A stretch of DNA of 64,000 nt from an uncultured Verrucomicrobiae bacterium. GTDB lineage: Bacteria > Verrucomicrobiota > Verrucomicrobiia > Palsa-1439. The stretch lies in contig CAWEWF010000005.1 of assembly GCA_963812605.1 (NCBI GenBank), forward strand, positions 288,001-352,000, written 5' to 3'. Under the pieces are notes generated by a model, which ran no database searches, was not told the DNA's origin, and saw only the letters and a program-made list of their open reading frames with translations. Below are positions 40,422 to 51,356 of this stretch, piece by piece. The first letter of the stretch is position 1. Every line of letters begins with the position of its first letter. The translations under genes were made by a program, and so were the position numbers.

Positions 40422-41859
40422 CTATTTCCACGTGAGGGTCGTAACTGAATCCGACGGTAGGTCGACTTTGACTTGGTTCGATCCATCGCGCAACTGCACT
40501 GTCGTTGGGGTTTTGCCATTGTTTGTCAGAACGGCGGCGAACTGACCGTCAGGATTCACAACCGCTATATGCTGTACATTTTCGATTTCTCCCTCCGACC
40601 CGATCACGACGGCATTGCGTTGCATGGCGCGCGCATAATGCGCAAACGCCCAGAACTGCCCGCTGCGGGCAACTTCGTTTGTTTGGGAATTAATCGTTAC
40701 CAAACCCGCGCACTTATAGGGACCGATGTTTGGCTTGCCGGTTTCATCCAGCGCCATGTTCCAGCCGATGATGCCACGCATGCCGTTGCGCAGGATCCCG
40801 GTGAATTTTGAGCTCCACTTCGACCAGCAGGTTGCGTAGTCCTCATCGTCGAAGTGCTGGCCGCCTTCCGTCCAGTACATTTCAGCCTCTGGATGCACCG
40901 CCAGAACTTTCTCGACCCATTCTGGTTTCCCCACGTAGCCGTGCCAGGCGATGGCCGTCGTATATTTGTTTACGTTTGTGTCATCGAGTTCGGCTATGGC
41001 GCGGCCCCCAGAGATTGTAATTATGGTCCAGAAGCCAGATTTTCGTCTTCAAACCAGCGCTTTCCAACACCGGCCCGAGATTTTGGCTCACGTAGCGAAC
41101 TTCAATTTCCTGTGGAAAAAGGCACGCGGGCATTTTGCTGTCCTGGTCGGTATCGACTTCGTTTTGAGAACTGACAGCGTTGATTTCCACGCCTTCCTTT
41201 TCGTAGGCTTGCAAAAACTTCACAAAATAATCCGCATAGGCTCCGAGGTAGTGCGCGCGGATGGTGCCGCCAAACATGGCATTATTATCCTTCATCCAAC
41301 CCGGTGGACTCCAGGGCGACGCGAATAGATACAAATCCGGATTGATCTCCCGCGCGCGGCGAACGATCGGCAGAATGTACGCGCGGTCATGCTCAATGGA
41401 GAAACGCTCGAGTTGTGGGTCAGGCTCGCCTTCGTCGAAACTGTACATGGTTTTTGCATAGTCGCTCGATCCAATGCACAAGCGGCAGAGGCTAAAACCC
41501 ATTTCCTTCGGGTCAAAAAGCTCGTGGAGCAACTTGTCGCGCTCGGCTTCAGGAAGTTGGTTGATCATGTAGCAGGCGGCATCCGTTAAAGCGGCGCCAA
41601 AACCGAGGATGGGCTGCTGTTTTTTCCCGGGCAGAATCACGATGGTGTTCGTGCTGGCTTTACCGGATACCCGGCGCCAGCGCAGCGGGTCAACCAGGGC
41701 ATAGCGTTTATCGGCAGCGGTGACCCGCACGGTAATGCTACCTTCGGGCCGCGGTTCCTTCGTCTGCGCGAAGGTGCTTGTGGGGCATTTTCCAGCCAGA
41801 AACAAGACCACGGCGATCATCTTCCAGAAATCATGGCGACTGTGTGGAAACATTTTCAT
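40422..41859 (-). CDS. Secreted GH30 glycoside hydrolase (frameshift near 41005)
   Basis: GFGAALTD, SPWSPPGWMK, QNE, DHN, WTEG, WNMALDE. Confidence 0.88.
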
Positions 41860-42033
41860 CTCCAATGTTTGCTCGAGTTTTGGTTGTGGTGCAGCTTGCC
41901 CGATGACCCGTCTGAGCAACACCGAGAATGCCGCAAGATCGATGTCGCTACCAGCGTTTTCTGGCAGGCGTGACCAGGAAAGTCCGACGTAGTGATATTG
42001 CGGATCGCCATGGCTGTGTTAGATTCGTACCCG

Positions 42034-44099
42034 ATGCCTTTCGACCTTGTCAGCAAATATAAGCCACGCGGGGACCAGCCGCAGGCGATCAAAGCGTTGA
42101 CCGAATCGATCCAGGCGGGGAACCGCTACCAGACGCTCCTGGGCGTCACGGGCAGCGGCAAAACGTTTACAATGGCGAATGTCATCCAGAACCTGGATCG
42201 ACCGACGCTGGTCATTTCGCATAACAAGACCCTTGCGGCGCAACTCTTCAGCGAATTCAAGCAATTCTTCCCCCATAATGCAGTGGAATATTTCGTCAGT
42301 TACTACGATTACTACCAACCGGAGGCGTACATCCCGCAGACGGATACTTACATCGAGAAGGACTCGGCGATTAACGAGCAGATCGAAAAGCTGCGGCTTT
42401 CCGCCACGAGTTCGTTGTTGTCACGGCGCGACGTAATCGTGGTTTCCAGCGTCTCGTGCATTTACGGCCTGGGCTCGCCCGAGGATTACTTTGAAATGAT
42501 GGCGCGGATCGAGGTGGGAAGTGAGATGGGCCGCGAGGATCTGCTGCGGAAGTTTGTGGACATGCAGTACAACCGCAATGATGTCGAGTTCGAGCGCGGG
42601 AATTTCCGCGTGCGCGGTGACACGGTCGAGATTTGCCCGAGCTACACCGAGGACGCGGTGCGCATCGAATTTTTTGGCGACCGCGTGGAGCAGATCACGC
42701 GTTTCGAGCCGTTGACGGGCCACAAGATTGAAACCAACAGCTCGGTTTCGATTTATCCCGCCAAGCACTGGGTCATGCCCTATTCGAAAATTGTGCGGGC
42801 CTTCGAAGCCATCAAGGCCGAGATGAAAGACCGCGTCGCCTGGTTCGAATCGCAGAACAAACTTGTGGAAGCGCAGCGATTGTATTCGCGGACCACGTAC
42901 GACCTGGAAATGCTCAAGGAAATGGGCTTCTGCGGCGGCATCGAGAATTACTCGCGCCATCTTAGCAATCGCACCGGGCGAACGGCCATTTACGTTGATG
43001 GATTTCTTCCCGAAGGATTACCTGCTGATTATCGATGAATCGCACGTCACGGTCTCACAAATCGGCGCCATGTACGCGGGAGATCGTTCGCGCAAGACGA
43101 CGCTGGTGGAACACGGCTTCCGACTGCCCTCGGCGCTCGACAATCGACCGTTGAACTCGACGGAGTTCGAGACGCTGGTCAACCAGTGTACGTTCGTTTC
43201 CGCCACACCAGGGCCGACCGAGATCAGCCGCAGCGCGGTGGTCGCGGAGCAGATTATCCGGCCGACCGGCCTGATTGATCCGGCGGTGACGATCAAGCCG
43301 CTGAAGGGACAGATTGATGATCTCATCGAACAATGTCGCGCGCGGGCCGAGAAACACGAGCGCGTGCTGGTGACGACGTTGACCAAGCGCACTTCGGAAG
43401 ACCTCACCGACTACCTTCGTGAAGTCGGCATTCGCGTGAAGTATCTGCACAGTGAAATCGACGCAATCGAACGCGTCGAGGTACTGCGCGGATTTCGCGC
43501 TGCGGATTTTGACGTGCTGGTGGGCATCAACCTGTTGCGGGAGGGGCTCGATTTGCCGGAAATGTCGCTGGTGGCGATCCTGGACGCCGACAAGGAAGGT
43601 TTCCTGCGCAGCGCCACGTCGTTGATCCAGACGGCGGGGCGCGCCGCGCGTCATATCAACGCGGCGGTTATTCTCTACGCCGATGTGATGACCGATTCGA
43701 TCAAGAAATTTCTCCAGACCACCGAGTATCGTCGCACCAAGCAACTGGCGTACAACAAAGAGCACGGCATCACTCCCAAGACGGTGAAACGCGAATTGCA
43801 ACTGAGTCTCGCCGATCTCACGAAGGCGCGCGCTGTGGAAGCTTCGGTGGTTCGCGAAGCCCCGGCGGCTACGAGACGGCGAAGCTGCTGCGTGAATTGG
43901 AAGCGGAGATGTTGGAGGCGGCGGAGAACCTGCAATTTGAGAAGGCGGAGATCCTGCGCGACCAGATTGACGAACTCAAGAAGGGCGAACCCGGCGGATT
44001 TGCCGATTCGCCGAAGCCCCGGCCCGTCGTCAGGTGAAGTACGACCGCAAATTGAAGGTCAATGTGGTGAAGAAGACGCGTCCCGCCAAGGCGCAATGA
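42034..44099 (+). CDS. uvrB: Excinuclease ABC subunit B (frameshifts near 42975 and ~43870-44030; end approximate)
   Basis: [61 protein letters not shown] coiled coil. Confidence 0.95.
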
Positions 44100-44973
44100 C
44101 CACTCTTCCTCCCGAAATCATCCGCAACCTCGTCGTTGCAGCGCTGGCTGAGGACATTGGCGCTGGCGATATCACAACCGAAGCGGCGATCCCCGCCGAG
44201 CAGCGCGCGGAAGCTTGTATCGTCGCAAAGGAACCCTGCGTTGTGGCCGGCTTGCCGCTGGTCGAGGCCGTATTCACGCAGATCGATCGGGCTGTTGCGG
44301 TGAAGTTGTTGGTGGAAGAGGGCGATGCCGTGGAAATGGGGACGCGTGTGTGTGAACTCAGGGGCCCGGCGCGCGGGATTTTGACCGGCGAGCGGACGGC
44401 GCTCAACTTCTTGCAGCGGCTTTCGGGAATCGCGACGCTGACGCACCAGTTTGTTGCCAAGGTGGCACAAGCCCCCGTACGCGTGAAACCGAAGATTTTG
44501 GACACGCGCAAGACCACGCCTACGCTCCGCATCCTGGAGAAATACGCTGTCGCCATCGGCGGAGGCACCAACCATCGCATGGGACTTTTCGATGCGGTGA
44601 TGATTAAAGATAATCATCGCGTTGTGCTGGCGCGCCTTTGGTTCGAAGGCCCTCGGCGATGCCGCTGCTTTGGCACGCAAAAAACATCCGAACGCGCCAA
44701 TCATCATCGAAGCCGACAATCTGGAGCAGGTTGAAGAAGCCCTAGCCGCCGGCGCCAATCATATTCTGCTCGACAACATGACGCCCGACGAATTGCGAGA
44801 AGCCGTGACGGTCGTTGCCGGTCGCGCGAGAACAGAAGCCAGCGGGGGCGTCCGACTCGATACCGTCATCGCCATCGCCACACGGTGTCGACTACATTTC
44901 CGTCGGCGCGCTCACACACTCGGCGCGGGCGGTGGATTTTACGTTGGAGTTACTCGAAGACCGTGGTGCTTAG
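44096..44973 (+). CDS. nadC: Quinolinate phosphoribosyltransferase (frameshifts)
   Basis: [49 protein letters not shown]. Confidence 0.92.
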
Positions 44974-45004
44974 GTAAACAAACTAATTGGGGAGGCAAGC
45001 ATCA

Positions 45005-45471
45005 ATGAAAACAGTTTTTGGGATGGCAAAATCATTCTTGGATCTTGGAGGTTGCCGTCACGCAAAGGCTGAGTTGGATCTCTTCAAGATCGCTTATGCA
45101 CTGGAGTTTCTTAAGGGGCGAGGCCAAGAAGGCATTGGTTACATGTTGGTCATGACACCGAGTATCAAAAAGACGGTTAGAGGATGCCGATCAGGGAATT
45201 GGCGCTCTCCGGGGTAATCAGGGTGGTAGTTCCTGAGGTGACTGACGCAGAACGAATTACCCTTTCCGATGAGAAAGTAAAAAACAAGCGAGGCATGATG
45301 AAGGGCAGCGCTGGAGAAAACACAGACGCTGATTCATGGGCGACTCAAGGAAGAACACTAGGAGAGCGCTATTTGTTCGAGACAATTGGACGGGAACACG
45401 CGAACATTCGGCCCATCACTTCAAACGTGCAGATTGAAAATCAATTGGGATTACTGTGGGGTAATCGATTA
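45005..45471 (+). CDS. Lower-GC hypothetical protein (apparently frameshifted)
   Basis: GGAGG SD, MKTVFGMAKS...; continues in the 45184 frame; atypical codon usage. Confidence 0.5.
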
Positions 45472-46448
45472 ATGAAGGCGGGTACTGCAATTCTTCGAGA
45501 CGTTTTACCAGGCAGCGGGGCGGTTTACCGGGTGGATGACCTGGGGCGGCGCTTGAAATTTCCGGCGACGGCAGTGAATGCGGAGATCGCGGAGTTGGAG
45601 AAGGTCGGCTACACGATCGAGTCGCATCCGCATTTTGGGTATCGCTTGCTGGGCACTCCCGACCGCTTGACCGCGGACGACATTAAGGCGCAATTAAAGA
45701 CTTCGCTGATTGGATCGGAGATCCTGGTTTTCCAGGAGACGGCGTCGACGAACGAAGTGGTCGAGCACCTGGCAAAATCCGGGGCGCGGGAAGGGTTTGG
45801 TGGTGTTTGCGGAATCGCAGACGCGCGGACGCGGCAGGCGCGGGCGTGCGTGGGCCTCGCCGCATGGGAAGGGACTCTGGTTTTCGGTTTTGTTGCGACC
45901 AACGTTGCCGACAAGCGCGGCCAGTCGCATCACGGTGGCCGCGAGCGTGGCCGTGGCGCGGGCAATCCACCAGAATTGCGGCGTGGATGCGCGCATCAAG
46001 TGGCCGAATGACGTGATGGTGAACGGCAAAAAGCTGGCGGGCGTTTTGACGGAACTGCGGGCGGAGGCCGACGAGATTCTGCTCGGCGACCCTTGGCATC
46101 GGGATCAATGTGAATTCCCGGCGGGAGATTTTTCCGGGCGAGTTGGCGGGTATTGCCACGTCCTGAATGGAAACCGGGATGGCGCAGGATCGACTTGCGC
46201 TGGCGGCGCAGGTGTTGATTGCGTTGGACGAGTGCTACGAGGCGGCGCTCACGAATTTTGAAGCGGTGGTGGATGAGTGGGCGAAACTTTGCACGACACT
46301 CGGTCGGCAGATCGTGGTGACGATGGGGCAACATCGCATCGAGGGGTTCGCGCAGGCGCTGGACAGTGATGGGGCATTGCTGTTACGGCGCGATAGCGGG
46401 CAAATCGAGAGAATTTTGGGCGGCGACGTGGTGGTGGAGCGCGCATGA
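45472..46448 (+). CDS. birA: Bifunctional biotin-protein ligase/repressor (frameshifts)
   Basis: N-terminal HTH..GYRL, STN, AESQTRGRGRRGRAW, IKWPND, KLAGVL, DGALLL. Confidence 0.9.
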
Positions 46449-47167
46449 AGAAGGAACGTCCATTCCTGTTGGTGAACATCAACAATACCAACACCAGTTT
46501 TGCGCTCGCGAATGCCAAGCGCATTTTGCGGGTGGTCAAAGTGCCCACGGCGTCCGTCCATAAGATTCCTTTTACCGGTGCGAACATCAAGGGGATGATC
46601 TTGGCGTCGGTCGTCCCGAAGATGACGAAGCGCATCCAGCACTTGTTGCCGATGCGGCCAATTATTGTCAGCACGGCATTGACCTGGGGGTCGGCGTTCG
46701 CTATCCGAACAAGAACAGATTGGGTCGACCGGTTGGCGAATGCGGTGGGCGTCGCGAAACTCTACGGGACGCCGGCCATCGTGGTGGATTTCGGCACGGC
46801 GGTCACTTTCGATATCGTGAATTCTTCCCGCGATACGCCGCGGGGTGATCGCGCCGGGGTTGGCGTGGTGACCGTATCTTTACCAACGCACGGCGCTGTT
46901 GCCGCGCATCAAGCTGGCCGAACCGGACTCGGTGATCGGCAAGAGCACGGTCGCGGCCATGCGGGTGGGCGCGGTGATTGGGTATGCGGTGGTGAAGGAA
47001 ATCCTGAGCGCCCTGAAGCACGGCGCGCATGGAGAAAGCGGTGATCGTGGCGACGGGCAGCGATGGCGGACTCTATTGCGAAGAAGATCCGTGAAATCGA
47101 ACACATAAATCCGTTGTTGACCCTCGAAGGCCTGCGGTTTATCTACCTGCGCAACCGCGCCGCGTAA
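46445..47167 (+). CDS. coaX: Type III pantothenate kinase (several frameshifts)
   Basis: ASVVP, DRLAN, VVDFGTA, IGKSTV, LTLEGL; follows birA. Confidence 0.85.
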
Positions 47168-47189
47168 GATCACGCAGGCGCTGAAAATA

Positions 47190-47998
47190 ATGAATCGAAT
47201 TGATATCAAGTTTCGCGCGTTGCGCGCCGCCCGCCAAAAAGGTTTCATCGCTTACATTTGCGCGGGCGATCCGAACCTGCGGGCGACGGCGGCGCTGGCG
47301 CGGGGGTTCGAGCGCATGGGCGTGGACGTGCTGGAGTTCGGCGTCCCGTTCAGCGATCCGCTGGCTGACGGGGTCGTGAACCAGTTAGCCGCCGAGCGAG
47401 CGTTGCGCAGTGGCACGACGCTGCACGGCGTATTAAAGATGGTGGGCGCGTTGCGGCGCGGTGGCTATAAGGTCCCGATTGTGTTCTACGTTTACTACAA
47501 CGTGGTGCACCATTACGGGCTGAAGAATTTTGTTCGCGATGCCGTGGCAGCCGGAGTGGACGGCGTGCTGGCGCTGGACTTGCCGCCGGAAGAGGCGGGG
47601 AACGTATGAAGCGGCGATGAAGGGCGCGGGATTGCATCCGAGATATCTGGTGGCACCGACGACGCCTCCGCACGTATCGGCAAGATTAGCCGGGATGCCA
47701 GCGGTTTCATTTATTACGTGTCGCGCGAGGGCGTGACGGGATGCAGAAGAAACTCGCGCCAACCGCGACGAAGCATGTCGCAATCATTCGCAAACACTCG
47801 AAGTTGCCGGTTGCCATTGGGTTTGGAATTTCGAATCCGGCGCAGGCGCGCGTGGCGGTGCAGGCGGCGGACGCGGTGGTGGTGGGCAGCGCGATTGTGA
47901 ACCAGATCGCGAAACATGGAACGGATCGGCAACTGGCGGCCAAAGTGGCCCGTTTTGTCGGCGCGATGGTACGCGCGGTAAAGAAAGAGGGAAAGTGA
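47190..47998 (+). CDS. trpA: Tryptophan synthase alpha chain (frameshifts)
   Basis: AGDP, EFGVPFSDPLADG, DLPPEE, SREGVTG, GFGIS, VVVGSA. Confidence 0.93.
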
Positions 47999-47999
47999 C

Positions 48000-49071
48000 A
48001 TGAATTGGGCAGTCGTCATGGCGGGTGGGTACGGCGAACGGTTCTGGCCGCGGAGTCGGCGCAAGCAACCGAAGCAATTGCTGCCGATTGTCGGCGACAA
48101 GACGATGATCCAGCAGACGGTGGAACGCGTGCGGCCGTTGGTGAGCGATGCGCGGATCGTGGTCGTGACCAACCAGGAGCAGGCGCCGCTCGTGCGCAAA
48201 CAGCTTCCGCGCGTGAAGCACATCATTGCCGAGCCCATGGGACGCAATACCGCGCCGGCTATTGGAGTGGCGACGGCGGTGATTGGCAAGCAGGACCCGA
48301 CGCGGTCATGGCGGTCTTGCCGGCGGACTCGTACATTCCCGATATCGAAGGCTATCGACGGGTCGTTGGCGATGCCTTGAAACTGGCGGCGGCGCAGGAG
48401 GTTCTCGTGACCATTGGGATCAAGCCGAGTGGGCCGCACACGGGATATGGGATATCCAGGTCGGCGAGGAACTCTCCAACAAATCGGCGACGAAATTTTG
48501 GAGGGCGCGGCGCTTTGTCGAAAAGCCGGACCGCAAGACGGCTGAGGAGTTCGTGGCGAGCGGCGATTATCGTTGGAACGCGGGGATGTTCGTCTGGTCG
48601 TTTCGCGCGGTGGCGGAAGCCTTTCGAAAGTTTCAGCCCGCGCTCTGGGACGCTTGCGGGCGGATCCAGAAGGCCGCTGGCACGAAGTCGTTTGCGCGGG
48701 CCCTGGCGCGGGAATATCCCAAGATGGAAAAGATTGCGGTCGATTACGCGATCATGGAGAAGGCGAACAACGTGGTTGTCGCCAACGGCGATTTTGACTG
48801 GGACGATGTCGGCGACTGGCAGGCCATCGGGCGGCATTTCGAGAAGGATGGGGGCGGCAACGTTGCGGTGGGTGAATTTGTGGGATTGGATTCCACTAAT
48901 TGCATCGTGCTGAGTGACAAGAAGCATCTGGTGGCAACGGTCGGCGTGCGGGACCTCGTGATCGTCCACACCGACGATGCGACGCTGATTTGTCATCGCG
49001 ACCAGGCGCAGAAAGTGCGCGAGGTGGTGAAGAAATTGGCGGCGGAGAAGAAGTATAAGAGACTGTTGTAG
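48000..49071 (+). CDS. manC: Mannose-1-phosphate guanylyltransferase (frameshifts)
   Basis: MAGGYGERFWPRSR..PKQ, EPMGRNTAPA, FVEKP, WNAGMF, DYAIMEK, WDDVG. Confidence 0.9.
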
Positions 49072-49133
49072 GGCAGGCGCTCCGCCTGCGTTGTTTACTT
49101 TGCATTCATGGCAAGCGGAGCGCTTGCCCTACA
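49067..49133. repeat. GTAG-type REP doublet
   Basis: TGTAGGGCAGGCGCTCCGCCTGC / GCAAGCGGAGCGCTTGCCCTACA; supplies the manC stop; related half-copy at 52889-52912. Confidence 0.8.
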
Positions 49134-49144
49134 AAATCAATATT

Positions 49145-49669
49145 ATGCGTGTTCTCGGCGTTGATTTCGGTCACAAGCGTATCGGGCTGGCGCTCAGCGA
49201 TGAGACCGGCACGGTCGCGTCGCCGCTGACGTACATCGACGGCGGCGGGATCGCCGCGGTTAGCCGTGAGATTGCGCGGATCTCCACGGAGCGCCAAGTA
49301 GGAAAAATCGTCGTGGGCGTTCCCTTGCGATTGGATGGAACGCGGAGCGAGCAGACGGAGCGCACGCTGGCGTTTATCGCGGAGTTGGAGCGAACGACGA
49401 CGATCCCCGTGGTGAAATGGGACGAGCGGCTGACGAGCGTGCAGGCCAACCGCGCGTTACTTGAAGGAAACGTGCGGCGCAGCGACCGCAAGGAGAAGAT
49501 CGACAAGCTCGCCGCGCAAATCATGTTGCAGAGTTATCTCGATGCGACAAACCCGCCTCCAACCGAAGGTATACTTCATATCGCAGATGGTGGGACAGGC
49601 CTCGGCCTGTCAAAATCTGTCCCCACAGGCAGGGACGCCTGTCCACCGGGGGCCGATGAGAACCTTTAG
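49145..49669 (+). CDS. ruvX: YqgF/RuvX pre-16S rRNA nuclease (C-terminus reads through a REP)
   Basis: LGVDFGHKRIGLALSD, VGVP, WDERLTS, IDKLAAQIMLQ. Confidence 0.92.
   Translation: MRVLGVDFGHKRIGLALSDETGTVASPLTYIDGGGIAAVSREIARISTERQVGKIVVGVPLRLDGTRSEQTERTLAFIAELERTTTIPVVKWDERLTSVQANRALLEGNVRRSDRKEKIDKLAAQIMLQSYLDATNPPPTEGILHIADGGTGLGLSKSVPTGRDACPPGADENL
49588..49648. repeat. REP-like doublet (GACAGGC..GCCTGTC)
   Basis: GGTGGGACAGGCCTCGGCCTGTC...ACAGGCAGGGACGCCTGTCCACC. Confidence 0.7.
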
Positions 49670-50402
49670 GCACTTCAAGCTGACCATCACTTACGATGGG
49701 ACGCAGTATGCCGGCTGGCAGTTGCAGCCGAACGGCAAGACGATCCAGGAAGTCGTGGAACTTGCGCTCGCGAAGATTGGCGGGCGCGAGGTGCGGGTGC
49801 ACGGCTCGGGCCGCACGGATGCCGGGGTGCATGCGCGGGGACAGGTGGCGAGCTGTTCGTTGCGAACGCAACTCAAGTCGCCGACGCTGTTGCGGGCGTT
49901 GAATGCGAATCTGCCCGAGAATATTCGCGTGGTGCGGGGGCAGGAGACCGACACGAAATTCCACGCGCGTTTCTCCGCGAGGGGAAAGGAGTATCGTTAC
50001 CAGATCGATTGTGGCGCGGTCGCCGATCCGTTTCTTCGCTTCTATGCGTGGCATCATCCACGACCATTGAACGTCGCGACGATGCGACAGGCCGCGAGAT
50101 TGCTGAAGGGGCGGCATGATTTCTCGGCGTTGTCGGCCAATCCGATGCGTCCCGTGGAAACCACTGTGCGGACGATTGAGAAGTTGTCGGTGACGAAGCA
50201 GGGGAATGTCGTGACGGTGGCGGTGGTTGCGGACGGGTTTCTTTACAAGATGGTACGTTCGATTGTCGGGGCGCTCGTGAAGGTGGGCGAGGGCCGGATG
50301 ACGGTCGAGGAGTTGGGGAGCTTGGTGAAAGTGAAGAAGCGGACGGCGCAGGTGGAAACGGCGCCGGCGCACGGATTGTTTCTCTGGCGGGTGTTTTACT
50401 GA
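49656..50402 (+). CDS. truA: tRNA pseudouridine(38-40) synthase
   Basis: YDGT..GWQ, GRTDAGVHA, FHARF, GFLYKMVR, APAHGL. Confidence 0.95.
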   Translation: MRTFRHFKLTITYDGTQYAGWQLQPNGKTIQEVVELALAKIGGREVRVHGSGRTDAGVHARGQVASCSLRTQLKSPTLLRALNANLPENIRVVRGQETDTKFHARFSARGKEYRYQIDCGAVADPFLRFYAWHHPRPLNVATMRQAARLLKGRHDFSALSANPMRPVETTVRTIEKLSVTKQGNVVTVAVVADGFLYKMVRSIVGALVKVGEGRMTVEELGSLVKVKKRTAQVETAPAHGLFLWRVFY

Positions 50403-50980
50403 TGAACGTGGTCCTCGTTGAACCGGAAATTCCGCCGAATACGGGAAACGTGGCGCGGTTGTGCGCCGCGACACAGGCGACATTGCATCTGGTCGGGCCG
50501 TTGGGGTTTCGCTTGGACGACAAGACGCTGAAGCGCGCGGGGATGGATTATTGGGAGCAGGTGACGTGGAAATGCTGGGAGTCGCTCGAATCGCTGCAGG
50601 CTGGGATTGAGAAAGCGGAAAGCGGAGAGCCAGCGAAAGGAGAAAGCGGAGAGCGGAAAGTGAGGAAGGCGGAAGGGCGACCGACGTTCTACTATGTCAC
50701 CACGAAGTCGAAGCGGCCTTACACGCAGCCCCGCTACCGCGGGGACGATTACCTGGTGTTCGGACGAGAGACAGCAGGTTTGCCAAAGGCGTTGCTGGAT
50801 GCGAATCCGGAGACGACAATCACGATCCCAATGTTCAACCCGCAAGCCCGCAGTTTGAATTTGGCGACGGCGGTCGCGGTGGTGCTGTATCACGCGATCT
50901 GGCAAACAACCAATAATTTCGAGGGTTGGCAGGGAGGGATTCGCCCGATAGGTTCCTCACCAAAGGAGCCTGTTATATGA
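50402..50980 (+). CDS. trmL: tRNA (cytidine/uridine-34-2'-O)-methyltransferase
   Basis: PEIPPNTGN, RAGMDYW, FGRETAGLP, IPM..RSLNL; in-frame low-complexity insert at 50611-50680. Confidence 0.93.
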   Translation: MNVVLVEPEIPPNTGNVARLCAATQATLHLVGPLGFRLDDKTLKRAGMDYWEQVTWKCWESLESLQAGIEKAESGEPAKGESGERKVRKAEGRPTFYYVTTKSKRPYTQPRYRGDDYLVFGRETAGLPKALLDANPETTITIPMFNPQARSLNLATAVAVVLYHAIWQTTNNFEGWQGGIRPIGSSPKEPVI

Positions 50981-51232
50981 AGACTTGGAACAGTTCAAAG
51001 AAGCAGAGCAAGGTGCAGAAGGGGATCGTCGGGACGGTGATCCTCGTGATCCTGGCGGGCGCGGTGGTTGCCCGGTCCCTTCGGGATTCTGATTGCAGTG
51101 ATCCTGTTTGGAATCTACGCGATCAACAAGTCCGCGCAGAAGCGGCACGATGAGCGGGTGCTATCGGAGAACCTCGGCAAGGTCCGGGTTGTCAAGACGG
51201 ATGACCGGGACGGGATGCCCAACAGCCTCTAG
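50977..51232 (+). CDS. Small two-TM membrane protein (probable frameshift near 51070)
   Basis: SD AAAGGAG; GIVGTVILVILAGAVV then GPFGILIAVILFGIYAINK in the shifted frame. Confidence 0.55.
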
Positions 51233-51262
51233 TCAGCCCGGCCCAAAGTCCCAGGCGAGTGA

Positions 51263-51325
51263 TTACCGGACCCGCTTCACCAGTTCCTTGAGGTTTGCGG
51301 CGCAGTCTTCGATGTCCAGTCCCTG
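51263..51325 (-). pseudogene. 3' fragment paralogous to the 50-aa ORF at 52649-52801
   Basis: LDIEDCAANLKELVKRVR* versus LGIEDAATNLKELAKRLK*. Confidence 0.65.
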
Positions 51326-51356
51326 GCCCGATAGGTTCCTCACCAAAGGAGTCCTG

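Larger units (their letters stand above)
50943..51351 (+). repeat. 26-bp direct repeat (50943-50968 and 51326-51351)
   Basis: GCCCGATAGGTTCCTCACCAAAGGAG, identical in both copies. Confidence 0.92.

Noticed and set aside
41975-41990. AGGAAAGTCCG resembling the RNase P RNA 5' signature
   Set aside because: No room for ~350 nt before uvrB and no 3' signature; a chance match.
42863-44734. Apparent UvrB-NadC fusion (likewise the N-terminal extensions of kdsA, the aminotransferase, the oxidoreductase and birA in the ORF track)
   Set aside because: Created by indels or upstream open frames; the true starts are internal ATGs, often with ATGA coupling.
217-49071. Numerous frameshifted genes (hisC, sucD, GH18, bshA, PIG-L, DUF2911, GloVer, PHP phosphatase, hydrolase, GH30, uvrB, nadC, birA, coaX, trpA, manC) as pseudogenes or programmed frameshifts
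   Set aside because: The breaks look like small indels with otherwise intact motifs, hit essential genes, cluster at 39-48.5 kb and show no shared slippery site. This is typical of low-coverage long-read consensus error; read polishing would settle it.
50925-50945. Reverse-strand CGAATCCCTCCCTGCCAACC resembling a tRNA 3' end (att remnant)
   Set aside because: Only ~20 nt, lacks GTTC and a complete CCA; cannot be told from chance without the genome's tRNA set.
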